NCBI RefSeq assembly: GCF_000092105.1
Contig: NC_014148.1
Span: 2,310,001 to 2,342,000, forward strand
Direction: 5' to 3'
Origin: Planctopirus limnophila DSM 3776
GTDB lineage: Bacteria; Planctomycetota; Planctomycetia; Planctomycetales; Planctomycetaceae
Length of the DNA stretch: 32,000 nucleotides
Within the stretch, counting starts at the first letter, position 1, and every line of letters starts with the position of its first letter. A program made the translations under genes and the position numbers. The notes below the pieces were generated by a model, which did not search any database, had not been told where the DNA came from, and saw nothing but the letters and a program-made list of their open reading frames with translations. Shown piece by piece: positions 1-8,762 of this stretch.

Positions 1-975
1 ATGGGAGTGACTGCACCACATGTCCGTGCGGAGCATCTGCTGGCGAATGCCTGGCCCAGCGGCTGGACAGGAGTCATCGCTGCCTTACCTTTTGCTGTCT
101 GGTTTTATCTGGCAATTGAAGGAGTTGCGAACGCCGCTGAGGAAACCAAAAACCCTCAGCGAAACGTACTGATTGGCTTTGGTACCGCCTTGGCCACACT
201 GGTGTTTCTCGCTGGTGGAGTGCTGATTTGTGCCGTCGGTGTCGGTGGTTGGGAACGTGTGGTCTATCAGCCAGAGCAGGTTTCTGTAGTTGAAAGCTCC
301 CTGATGATCGCCGAACCCGGCAAGATGTCAGATAGCCCGCTCCCCCTGGCTTTGGGCCAGATCATGCCAAGTACTCATCCGTTGTATCAACTTCTCATTG
401 GGATTGGTGGCCTGGGGCTGATTTGCAGTTTGAACGGGATTATCTTCGCTGCAGGACGATCCATTTTTGAGATGGGCCGTGCGGGATATCTCCCCTCACG
501 ACTGGCAGCCATTCAGCCGCGAACTCACGCTCCCTGGAGCTCACTGCTTGCCAATTGGGGGCTGGGAACGCTGGCTGTATTGTTCTTTGATACAGCAGGT
601 ATGATCACGATCTCTGCGATGGGAGCAGCACTGCTCTACATTCTCTCGATGGAGGCTCTGGTGCAACTCCGCCGGAAGGAGCCGCATCTGCCACGTCCTT
701 ATCGGGTGCCATGTTATCCTTTCATGCCCCGGCTAGCTCAATGGCTATCGATCGTGCTGCTAATCGCCATGTTGTGGCAAAACCTGAATCTGGGTAACTG
801 GAAAGCCTCGTTGAGCCTGCATTTTCTGATTTGTCTGCTGCTGGCGACAAGTTACTACCTGTTGATCATTCGCCCCAGACTTGTCATCGTGCAAAATCCA
901 TCACAAATCACCCCGGAATTCCATAATCCAGGTCCTGGAGAACCAGGCGTCTGCGAACTGCGAGTCAATGATTAA
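1..975 (+). CDS. eat: APC-superfamily ethanolamine/amino-acid permease, C-terminal ~324 aa (5' end lies outside the window)
   Basis: The ORF is open to the window edge. It has a run of hydrophobic TM segments and the APC-type motif LAIEGVANAAEETKNPQRN. It ends 44 nt upstream of eutB on the same strand. Confidence 0.75.
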   Translation: MGVTAPHVRAEHLLANAWPSGWTGVIAALPFAVWFYLAIEGVANAAEETKNPQRNVLIGFGTALATLVFLAGGVLICAVGVGGWERVVYQPEQVSVVESSLMIAEPGKMSDSPLPLALGQIMPSTHPLYQLLIGIGGLGLICSLNGIIFAAGRSIFEMGRAGYLPSRLAAIQPRTHAPWSSLLANWGLGTLAVLFFDTAGMITISAMGAALLYILSMEALVQLRRKEPHLPRPYRVPCYPFMPRLAQWLSIVLLIAMLWQNLNLGNWKASLSLHFLICLLLATSYYLLIIRPRLVIVQNPSQITPEFHNPGPGEPGVCELRVND

Positions 976-1019
976 CCAATTCTGTGTCAGCCAATACCAT
1001 GCCGATGAAATGAGTCCTT

Positions 1020-2417
1020 ATGAGAATCTGGCGGAGTCATCTGGGTTCGACGACCTGGGTCTTTGAAGGTCTCGGTGAACTACTCGCCAAAGCCACCCCT
1101 CGCCGCTCAGGTGATGAACTGGCAGGTGTGGCTGCCCGCTCGGAAGAAGAGCGCGTTGCTGCCCGTATGGCACTGGCTGATGTTCGACTCTCCGACTTCC
1201 TGGAAGAGTCAATCATCGATCCCGAGATTGATGAGGTTTCTCGATTGATCATCGATGCTCATGATCCTGCGGCGTTCGATCCGATTCGCAGTCTCACAGT
1301 GGGTGAGTTTCGAGAATGGTTGCTCAAGTACGAAACCACTCCCGAGGTGCTCGCCAGTATTGCTGCTGGTATCACTCCGGAAATGGCGGCAGCCGTCAGC
1401 AAACTGATGCGTAATCAGGATCTGGTACTGGTTGGCAGCAAATGCCAGGTCGTTACAAAATTCCGCAATACGATCGGACTTCCCGGCAGGCTTTCCGTCC
1501 GCTTACAACCGAACCATCCCACAGATAATCTTCGAGGTATCGCTGCCTCAATTCTCGATGGCTTATGCTACGCCTGTGGCGACGCGGTGATCGGAATCAA
1601 TCCTGCATCTGATAACGTACCGCGAACGACAGAGTTGCTCAAACTCCTGTCTGACCTGATTGAGACACATGACATTCCGACGCAATCGTGCGTTCTCGCC
1701 CACGTCACCACCACGATGCAAGTGATGGAACAGCGGGCTCCTGTCGATCTCGTCTTCCAATCGATTGCAGGAACTGAACAGGCCAATCGCAGCTTCGGCG
1801 TTTCGTTGAAGATCCTCGATGAAGCGTGGCAAATGGCGAAAGAACTTCGCCGCGGGACGATTGGTAACAATGTCATGTACTTTGAAACGGGACAAGGTTC
1901 TTGTCTATCGGCAGGTGCCCACCATGGAATTGACCAGCAAACTCTCGAAGCGCGCGCCTATGCGGTCGCGCGTCGATACCAGCCGTTATTAGTCAATACC
2001 GTCGTGGGGTTTATTGGTCCGGAGTACCTTTTCAACGGCAAACAAATCCTGCGGGCCAGCCTGGAAGATCACTTTTGCGGCAAGCTGCTGGGGCTCCCGA
2101 TGGGGTGCGATATCTGTTATACGAACCATGCTGATGCCGACCAGGATGACATGGATGGACTCCTTTCCATGCTGGGAATTGCGGGGGTGAACTACATCAT
2201 GGGTGTTCCCGGAGCTGACGACATCATGCTCAATTACCAATCGACCTCATTCCACGACAGCCATTACCTGAGACAGACATTAAAGCTCAGGCCCGCCCCT
2301 GAGTTTGAACGCTGGTTAATCGATATCGGGATCATGGATGAATCGGGGCGTCTGGCACCGATGACATTACAGCATCGACTGGCTCAGCATCTGAGACTTG
2401 GAATTTCTCCTGCTTAA
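1020..2417 (+). CDS. eutB: Ethanolamine ammonia-lyase large subunit
   Basis: 465 aa. The N-terminus VFEGLGELLAKATPRRSGDELAGVAARSEEERVAA is collinear with E. coli EutB (YQFKDVKEVLAKANELRSGDVLAGVAA...). Length and start position match the family. Confidence 0.95.
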   Translation: MRIWRSHLGSTTWVFEGLGELLAKATPRRSGDELAGVAARSEEERVAARMALADVRLSDFLEESIIDPEIDEVSRLIIDAHDPAAFDPIRSLTVGEFREWLLKYETTPEVLASIAAGITPEMAAAVSKLMRNQDLVLVGSKCQVVTKFRNTIGLPGRLSVRLQPNHPTDNLRGIAASILDGLCYACGDAVIGINPASDNVPRTTELLKLLSDLIETHDIPTQSCVLAHVTTTMQVMEQRAPVDLVFQSIAGTEQANRSFGVSLKILDEAWQMAKELRRGTIGNNVMYFETGQGSCLSAGAHHGIDQQTLEARAYAVARRYQPLLVNTVVGFIGPEYLFNGKQILRASLEDHFCGKLLGLPMGCDICYTNHADADQDDMDGLLSMLGIAGVNYIMGVPGADDIMLNYQSTSFHDSHYLRQTLKLRPAPEFERWLIDIGIMDESGRLAPMTLQHRLAQHLRLGISPA

Positions 2418-2429
2418 ACGAGTGCCACA

Positions 2430-3269
2430 ATGGTTTCACCAGAAACTCAGCCCGACGCCTGGTCCTCCTGGCAGGAACTGACTTCTGCACGAATTGCTCT
2501 TGGTCGTGCTGGAGGGAGTCTGCCGACGCGTGAGTGGCTTAAGTTCAGCCTCGCACACGCCCGCGCTCGTGATGCTGTTCATATCGAACTCGATAGCCAA
2601 CGGCTCAGTGACGAAATGCAGTCTCTGGGCTGGGAAACAATCGTTGTGGCCTCGCAGGCCCATGATCGCACCGAAATGCTGCAAAGGCCAGATCGAGGTC
2701 GAAAACTCCGTCCTGATGATGCGATTCGACTCCAACAATTGGCCAGCACAGCAACCCCAGGTCCCTCAGATGGATATACCTTTGACCTGGCGATTCTCGT
2801 GGCGGATGGACTTTCCGCAGTGGCAGCACAAGCTCATGCAGTCGGACTCTTAAAAAATCTGTTGCCACCATTCCATGATCGCGGCTGGAGAATTTCACCG
2901 ATTGTGATTGCTCATCAGGGACGAGTGGCCCTGCAGGATGAGGTAGGTTCTTGCCTGAATGCCCGGCTCATTCTCTCTCTGATCGGAGAACGCCCGGGGT
3001 TAGGATCGCCGGATAGCCTGGGGGCCTACTTCGTTTATGAGCCCCGCCCGGGAAGAAACGATGCCCAGCGGAATTGCGTTTCTAATATCCGACCAGACGG
3101 ACTACCGCTCCCCGCCGCTGCCGACACGTTGATTTACCTGTTAACAGCTTCGCATACCCGCCACCTGAGTGGCGTTGACCTTAAAGATGACCGGGTTCTG
3201 CTGGAAGAAAACACTAATCCAATGAAGTCGATGGATAGTCCTTCAGAAAAAGACGGCAGCCACTCATGA
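2430..3269 (+). CDS. eutC: Ethanolamine ammonia-lyase small subunit
   Basis: 279 aa, starting 12 nt after the eutB stop. It carries the conserved EutC core ARIALGRAGGSLPT...AHARARDAVH and ERPGLGSPDSLGAY. Confidence 0.9.
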   Translation: MVSPETQPDAWSSWQELTSARIALGRAGGSLPTREWLKFSLAHARARDAVHIELDSQRLSDEMQSLGWETIVVASQAHDRTEMLQRPDRGRKLRPDDAIRLQQLASTATPGPSDGYTFDLAILVADGLSAVAAQAHAVGLLKNLLPPFHDRGWRISPIVIAHQGRVALQDEVGSCLNARLILSLIGERPGLGSPDSLGAYFVYEPRPGRNDAQRNCVSNIRPDGLPLPAAADTLIYLLTASHTRHLSGVDLKDDRVLLEENTNPMKSMDSPSEKDGSHS

Positions 3270-3280
3270 GTGGCTGCCGT
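3253..3280. terminator. Perfect 28-nt palindrome (14-bp arms) between the convergent eutC and FG-GAP genes; likely intrinsic terminator, strongest for the minus strand
   Basis: ACGGCAGCCACTCA|TGAGTGGCTGCCGT contains the eutC TGA stop (3267-3269). On the minus strand the hairpin is followed by CTTTTTCT (complement of 3245-3252). On the plus strand it is followed only by TTTGAGG. Confidence 0.65.
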
Positions 3281-3327
3281 TTGAGGACGGTTTCGATTGA
3301 ACTCGCATTCAGCGATCGATTGGCAAA

Positions 3328-4569
3328 TTAGAGTTTGGGTTTCTGCAAGAGGACGTTGACCCCTTTTTTGTTCGAGAGAATGACATCCAACTGGCCGTCG
3401 GCGTTGAAATCGCGAATCTCGAATTGTGTGCCAATGCCAGTATCCAGACCTGCACCAATCTCCCGCCGGACGAATTTTGGAGGCTGGCCTTTTTCGCGGA
3501 TGATCTCATAAGTCAGCATGGCCACGGGTTCTCTTTCGCCAGGATCAGAACCATTATGAGCCCAGAAGCGTTTGCCCGTCACCAGATGAGGATTGCCATT
3601 GCCTTTGAGATCGACCATCAGCAGTGCATGTGTCTGTGAGACCGTGTCGTCGATCTTATGAAAGACCATTTCTTTGCCGGCACCGGTGTTCTCAAACCAC
3701 CAGACACCATACTTGTGGGCCGAGCTCATAATGACGTCATGATCACCATCCAGATCCAGATCAATCACATGGATATTGGCGGCGGGCAGGGGGGCACCAT
3801 CCGGCTTTTCGGCGAGTTTCCACGGATGAAATGCCCAAAGTGAACCATCGAGCTTCTCCGGTTGTTCCCACCAGCCATGAGGGATGAGCACATCGGCTCG
3901 CCCGTCACCATTAAAGTCACCGGCACCTAAGCCGTGATAATACTTGAAGGTGCCATTCTGAGCAGGATCGCCAGGTTCACTGATGGGGACAAACTTCCAG
4001 CGATCGCGAATTTTTTCGGCTGCAGGAATTTCGAGATACCCCATCTGCCGTTCAGGTTGTGAGCCCAGAATGAGTTCGGGTTTGCCATCGCCTGTGATAT
4101 CTGTGAATAGCACCGTTTCGTTGCAGGCACTCGTCCAGATTTCGTGCTTTTTCCAGTGGCCTTCCGCATTGTGAGGATTCTCATACCACGAGAAAGGATC
4201 ACCGGGAAACCCGACGATGATCAGATCGTCCCAGCCATCACCATTAATATCGTGAGCGAATTCCACGAAGCACTGGCTGTAGCTGCCGTTCCATTTGTAT
4301 TCACCAACCGGGCGAACTTCACGCTTTTTCCAATCAGGGGCGGCATACCAATAGTCGCCAGCCGCAACGTCCATCAATCCATCGTGGTTGAAGTCGCCAG
4401 TCGCCACCCCCTCGGCACGAAATGTCTCATCGAGCTTGATGCGCGTCCAGTTGTCGTCAACCACAATCTCTGCTGCGTGGGCATCTCTCAGGACGAATGT
4501 CCCGCACGCCAGTAAAAAACACACACCGAACACAACTTGGCGTACGATCGCATGAGGCCGTCGGCACAT
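3328..4569 (-). CDS. Secreted FG-GAP/VCBS-repeat beta-propeller protein
   Basis: 413 aa with an N-terminal signal peptide (VVFGVCFLLACGTFVLRDAHA). There are seven Ca-binding-like DxNxDGxxD repeats: FNHDGLMDV, DINGDGWDD, DITGDGKPE, DFNGDGRAD, DLDLDGDHD, DLKGNGNPH, DFNADGQLD. Confidence 0.8.
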   Translation of the reverse strand: MCRRPHAIVRQVVFGVCFLLACGTFVLRDAHAAEIVVDDNWTRIKLDETFRAEGVATGDFNHDGLMDVAAGDYWYAAPDWKKREVRPVGEYKWNGSYSQCFVEFAHDINGDGWDDLIIVGFPGDPFSWYENPHNAEGHWKKHEIWTSACNETVLFTDITGDGKPELILGSQPERQMGYLEIPAAEKIRDRWKFVPISEPGDPAQNGTFKYYHGLGAGDFNGDGRADVLIPHGWWEQPEKLDGSLWAFHPWKLAEKPDGAPLPAANIHVIDLDLDGDHDVIMSSAHKYGVWWFENTGAGKEMVFHKIDDTVSQTHALLMVDLKGNGNPHLVTGKRFWAHNGSDPGEREPVAMLTYEIIREKGQPPKFVRREIGAGLDTGIGTQFEIRDFNADGQLDVILSNKKGVNVLLQKPKL

Positions 4570-4674
4570 CTCAGAATCTCCCCACCGAATACATCAACAG
4601 TCTTTGATCCACATCTGTTGTAACCTCTTACTGGTGGGAATGTCCATTCTATCGATTGATCAAATGTGTGAACG

Positions 4675-4705
4675 ACGACCTCGATAATGCCCCGCATCGA
4701 GTCGT
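4675..4705 (-). terminator. Candidate hairpin terminator downstream of the malic enzyme gene
   Basis: ACGAC(C)TCGAT - 10-nt loop - ATCGAGTCGT forms 10 bp with one bulge, 17 nt past the maeA stop on the minus strand. The U-tract is weak. Confidence 0.3.
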
Positions 4706-4721
4706 TGTCTTTCGACTGAAC

Positions 4722-6425
4722 TCAGTCAGCGACAGGCCCATATTCTGGCAGCCATTGACTGGCCTGGACTCTGGCCGCGAGCTCAGTTCGAGTTGTTAAG
4801 GGGGTCACACCAGCCCGTTGTGCTTCCATTCCGACGGCTTCGGCAATGGCACGGGCGACAGATCGTACTTCAGAAAGCGGCGGGAGGAGCGAGCCTGCAG
4901 GATCTTTCAGAGCAGGGGAATGCTCGCCCAGTGCCCGCGCTGCAGCGAGCATCATGCCGTCGGTCACTCGCGTGGCTTTGGAAGCCACAACTCCCAGCCC
5001 CACCGCGGGGAAAATGAAGACATTATTGCACTGGGCAATGGGTATTGTCCGCCCTTCCCACACAACTGGAGCATAGGGTGAACCCGTTGCCACCAAAGCC
5101 CGGCCATTCGTCCAGCGGAGCAAATCTTCCGGGCAAGCCTCAGAACGCGATGTGGGGTTCGAGAGTGGTAGAATCACAGGACGATCGACTTTGCCCGCCA
5201 TTTCGCGAATGATCGGTTCAGTAAACGCCCCCCCCACGGTGGAGAGACCAATGAGAATCGTGGCGTTGACCTGCTGAATCACATCCGCCAGACCGATGGC
5301 TCCATGGGCTGTTTTTGGCCAATTGGCCAACTTTGCGGAGTCCTGGACATAAACCTGTTGTTCGGGTGAAAGGTCATGCCGATCGGAGTGCAACAGCCCG
5401 TCTTTATCGACCATCCAGAACCGCTGCCGGGCCTCGACTTCCGATAATCTGTCCTGCACTAAAGCCGCCCTCAGATAATCGTCCACACCCACTGCTGCCG
5501 AACCTGCACCGAGAAACACGATCTGCTGTTCCCGCAATGGTTTTCCCGTGACGCCCACAGCCCCCATCACAGCCCCCAGAGCGACAGCGGCTGTTCCCTG
5601 GATATCGTCATTGAACGTCAGCAACTTGTTGGCATAACGCTCAAGAATGGGTCTGGCATGCGGGGTCGCAAAGTCTTCCCATTGCAGGCAAACCTGAGGC
5701 AACTCCTGTTGAACAGCTTTGACAAACTGATCAATGAAATCGAAATACGCCTGCCCCGAAATGCGTTCATGTCGCCAGCCAACGTACTCGGGATCTTTGA
5801 GACGCTCGGCATTATTAGTGCCGACATCGAGCACGATGGGTAATGTCCGCTCAGGGCGAATCCCGCCAATCAGCGTGTAAAGCGAAAGTTTTCCAATCGG
5901 AATCCCCAACCCGCCAGCCCCTTGATCGCCAATCCCGAGAATTCGTTCTCCATCCGTCACCACAATGACATCCACATCAGGGTACGGCCTGCTGCGGAGG
6001 AGCGAGCCAATCGAGTCTCGCATCGGATAAGAAATGAACAATCCTCTCGGCCGGCGATAGATATGGCTGAAAAGCTGACAGGCCTGCCCGACTACAGGCG
6101 TGTAGACCATTGGGAGCATCTCTTCAATATGCTCCAGCAGCAGCCTGTAAAATAGCACCTCGTTCGTATCCTGCAGTGCCCGAAGGTAAATATGCCGTTC
6201 GAGATCATCGTCTTTCCGCTGGTAGGCCTCGTACACCCGCTGAACCTGTTCGTCGAGACTTTCGATATGCGGAGGGAGCAGGCCATGCAGCCCGTAGCGA
6301 TCTCGCTCCTCGATACTGAACGCAGTTCCTTTATTGAAGGCGGGATCACTGATTACCCGAAATGGGAAGGAATGACCCATTCCTGGAGATGGCACAGGTG
6401 GCACGGCACTCGACATGGGGATCAC
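4722..6425 (-). CDS. maeA: NAD-dependent malic enzyme (oxaloacetate-decarboxylating malate dehydrogenase)
   Basis: 567 aa, typical large malic-enzyme length. Family motifs are present: FNKGTAFSIEER, VVTDGERILGIGDQGAGGLGIPIGKL, FNDDIQGTAAV, and a Rossmann GAGSAAVG. Confidence 0.93.
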   Translation of the reverse strand: MIPMSSAVPPVPSPGMGHSFPFRVISDPAFNKGTAFSIEERDRYGLHGLLPPHIESLDEQVQRVYEAYQRKDDDLERHIYLRALQDTNEVLFYRLLLEHIEEMLPMVYTPVVGQACQLFSHIYRRPRGLFISYPMRDSIGSLLRSRPYPDVDVIVVTDGERILGIGDQGAGGLGIPIGKLSLYTLIGGIRPERTLPIVLDVGTNNAERLKDPEYVGWRHERISGQAYFDFIDQFVKAVQQELPQVCLQWEDFATPHARPILERYANKLLTFNDDIQGTAAVALGAVMGAVGVTGKPLREQQIVFLGAGSAAVGVDDYLRAALVQDRLSEVEARQRFWMVDKDGLLHSDRHDLSPEQQVYVQDSAKLANWPKTAHGAIGLADVIQQVNATILIGLSTVGGAFTEPIIREMAGKVDRPVILPLSNPTSRSEACPEDLLRWTNGRALVATGSPYAPVVWEGRTIPIAQCNNVFIFPAVGLGVVASKATRVTDGMMLAAARALGEHSPALKDPAGSLLPPLSEVRSVARAIAEAVGMEAQRAGVTPLTTRTELAARVQASQWLPEYGPVAD

Positions 6426-6533
6426 TTGCTTCTAATGCCTGAGAGCTGATTGACTCGAAAGGCACCCGGGATTTGTAATTCATACGAAATCAAAGCTCTA
6501 CAGGCACAATAGGGAGCCAGGTTTTCAGGAGCA

Positions 6534-6547
6534 ATCCCTTCTTGAAA
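6534..6547 (+). promoter_or_regulatory. ATCCCTTCTTGAAA motif (copy 1), about 150 nt upstream of the LysM-protein gene
   Basis: Exact 14-nt match to 16800-16813 upstream of mraZ. It contains a -35-like TTGAAA. Confidence 0.3.
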
Positions 6548-6694
6548 ATCGCCAGCAAAATCTGAGCCGCAGGCTTCGAAGATGCGTGGAATTGTGCATT
6601 GATCTTGACCCGTTATTCGGAAGCGTAGACAAATGGTGAACTCGTCAGGAGGACGAGCGGTCGTTCGCGTTCACTTTTTGTCAGGGATGATGAC

Positions 6695-8677
6695 ATGGCC
6701 CGAGAAACCAAAGTCGGACTGGTGCTGGTGGTTGTGCTGGCCTGCGGCTTTGGCTTGCTGCTTTACAAACGGCTGCAACACCCACAAATCACTGTCGCGC
6801 AAGCCACAGAAGGTGCCTCAACAGGTCTCACTGCGACAGAAATCAGTGCTGACGATATCAAAGCTGAGATTCAGCTCGCTTCCAGCAACGCAGCATCTTC
6901 GTCATCCAGTACTGAGAGCAAGCCAGCCACGACACTTCCATCGAGCCTCGAGAATGAACTGCTCGACCTCAAAAACGATCCTGTCGCTTCTCCAGTGGCT
7001 AACTCGAAGTCGCCTGCGAGAAGTCTCCCGAGCTTGCCGACAGACCTCGACGATATGGCGTTTCCAGCGGAAACACCTCCTGCTGCAGTGGCTGCTTCCA
7101 CGCCGAAATCGACAGCTGTCGATGCTGATCCTTTCTCAGCCCTGGATTTGCCATCGGATCAGTCTTCCGGATCAAATCTACCGGCCAACACGACAGCACC
7201 TCCCGCAATCACAGCAAGTGGAAACACCTCAAAGACCGTCGAGATCGACCCCTTCGCAGGCGGTCTTGAAGACTCAAAGCCCACAAAAACATCACCTGCA
7301 GCGATCGCTTCTTCTCGTGATGCAGAATTGACTTTACCTGCTGGCAATCTTGAGCCTCTCCAGAACAAGCCAGTTTCTTCTGAGAAGATGGCCACGAGTT
7401 CGCCTGCAAATGAAGATCCATTTGCCCTCGAATCTCCGGCTGATGAAATCGAAAAGCCATCCGCACCCGCTGCAAAGACGACCTCTCGTGGTAACGAACG
7501 GTCTTTAGCTCCCTCAAAAAATCAGCCATCGGTGCCTCAGGATGATCCGTTCTCCATGCCTGTCGAGATCCCTGCGAACGATGCCAGTCTTGCTGCGGAT
7601 AGCCAGGCAAACGTCGTCGAATCCCTTGAGCTGCCTGTCCAGGTGGAACCCAAGCGATCTGCCACCAGCTTTCCTGTGAATGAGCCTGCACAGCCAAAAA
7701 CTCAAGAAACGTCCCGGGCTGTACCAGAACTTGGATTTGCAGAACTCGAACAAACTCCGGCTAAAGCGAAGACTCCATCTCCGGCAGTCATCGACGAATT
7801 TGGATTCGATAATCCCTCTCCTCAAAAAACGCCTGCTCAAAAAGAGCCAGCCCAGCCCGCATTGCCGCTCGATCTCGATAGCGATCCCTTTGGCGGAAGT
7901 ACCACAATTCCCGCACCAAAGACGGTTGAGCGACCTGCATCCAACACTCCCTCACTGCCAGTGAACAACTCTCCTGCGAATGAACTGGATGCTTTCGGTT
8001 TTGAAACGCCTGCCGCTTCGACCAGTGGTCTGAAACAACCTGCCCCTGCTGCATTGCCGATGGCGGACAACAAGCCAGTTCAGCAGGAGCCACCGTTTCC
8101 GGATCAGCTTTCGATACCCGCAACCAATACTCAGAACTCAGTAAATTTGAGCCTTGAGCCAGGTTCTGCAACCCCTCCCAGCCAACGCTACACCGTCGAA
8201 CCCAGTGATAACTTCTGGAGTATTTCGCGAAAGGTCTATGGCAGCGGACGCTACTTCAACGCTCTTGCCTCTCATAATGCCAAGGCGGTTCCTCGTCCCG
8301 AAGCTATGAAACCCGGAACGACGATCGAGATTCCTCCGGTGGAATTTCTTGAGCAGAAATATGGATTCTCGAACTCTCGCGAAGTCAGCGAAGCCGCTCG
8401 TAACAGTGCTCCACCAGAAGGAACGAATGAAGCACCTGCCAGTGGTTTCTTCATCGACCCGGCAGGTGTTCCTATGTACAAAGTGAGCGATCAGGACACG
8501 ATGAGTGGCATTGCCAGAGCCCATCTGGGCCGCTCATCCCGCTGGATCCAGATTCTCGAACTCAACCGAGACAAGCTTCAAGACGGAAATACCATTGCCG
8601 TCGGCACAATTTTGCGACTTCCACCCGATGCCAGCCAGGTTCAAGTAATGAACACGTCGCCGGGTACCCGAAACTGA
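6695..8677 (+). CDS. Bitopic membrane protein: N-terminal TM anchor, ~465-aa disordered P/S/A/T/E-rich linker with DPF motifs, two C-terminal LysM domains
   Basis: 660 aa. The TM helix is VGLVLVVVLACGFGLLLY. The LysM-like segments are YTVEPSDNFWSISRKVYG...GTTIEIPP (about nt 8186-8335) and YKVSDQDTMSGIARAHLG...GTILRLPP (about nt 8474-8623). Confidence 0.85.
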   Translation: MARETKVGLVLVVVLACGFGLLLYKRLQHPQITVAQATEGASTGLTATEISADDIKAEIQLASSNAASSSSSTESKPATTLPSSLENELLDLKNDPVASPVANSKSPARSLPSLPTDLDDMAFPAETPPAAVAASTPKSTAVDADPFSALDLPSDQSSGSNLPANTTAPPAITASGNTSKTVEIDPFAGGLEDSKPTKTSPAAIASSRDAELTLPAGNLEPLQNKPVSSEKMATSSPANEDPFALESPADEIEKPSAPAAKTTSRGNERSLAPSKNQPSVPQDDPFSMPVEIPANDASLAADSQANVVESLELPVQVEPKRSATSFPVNEPAQPKTQETSRAVPELGFAELEQTPAKAKTPSPAVIDEFGFDNPSPQKTPAQKEPAQPALPLDLDSDPFGGSTTIPAPKTVERPASNTPSLPVNNSPANELDAFGFETPAASTSGLKQPAPAALPMADNKPVQQEPPFPDQLSIPATNTQNSVNLSLEPGSATPPSQRYTVEPSDNFWSISRKVYGSGRYFNALASHNAKAVPRPEAMKPGTTIEIPPVEFLEQKYGFSNSREVSEAARNSAPPEGTNEAPASGFFIDPAGVPMYKVSDQDTMSGIARAHLGRSSRWIQILELNRDKLQDGNTIAVGTILRLPPDASQVQVMNTSPGTRN

Positions 8678-8762
8678 GCGACGCGGGTTGCTCGTGAGTC
8701 GATCGACTGCCTGCAATTGATACCGCGAAGTTCGCAGGCACACCCAAGCTGCATGGGATCAG

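Noticed and set aside
8676-8693. Hairpin GAGCGAC-GCGG-GTTGCTC overlapping the LysM-protein stop codon, a possible terminator before the ftsL-like gene
   Set aside because: No U-tract follows. Co-transcription with ftsL-like/ftsI is at least as likely, so it is not called.
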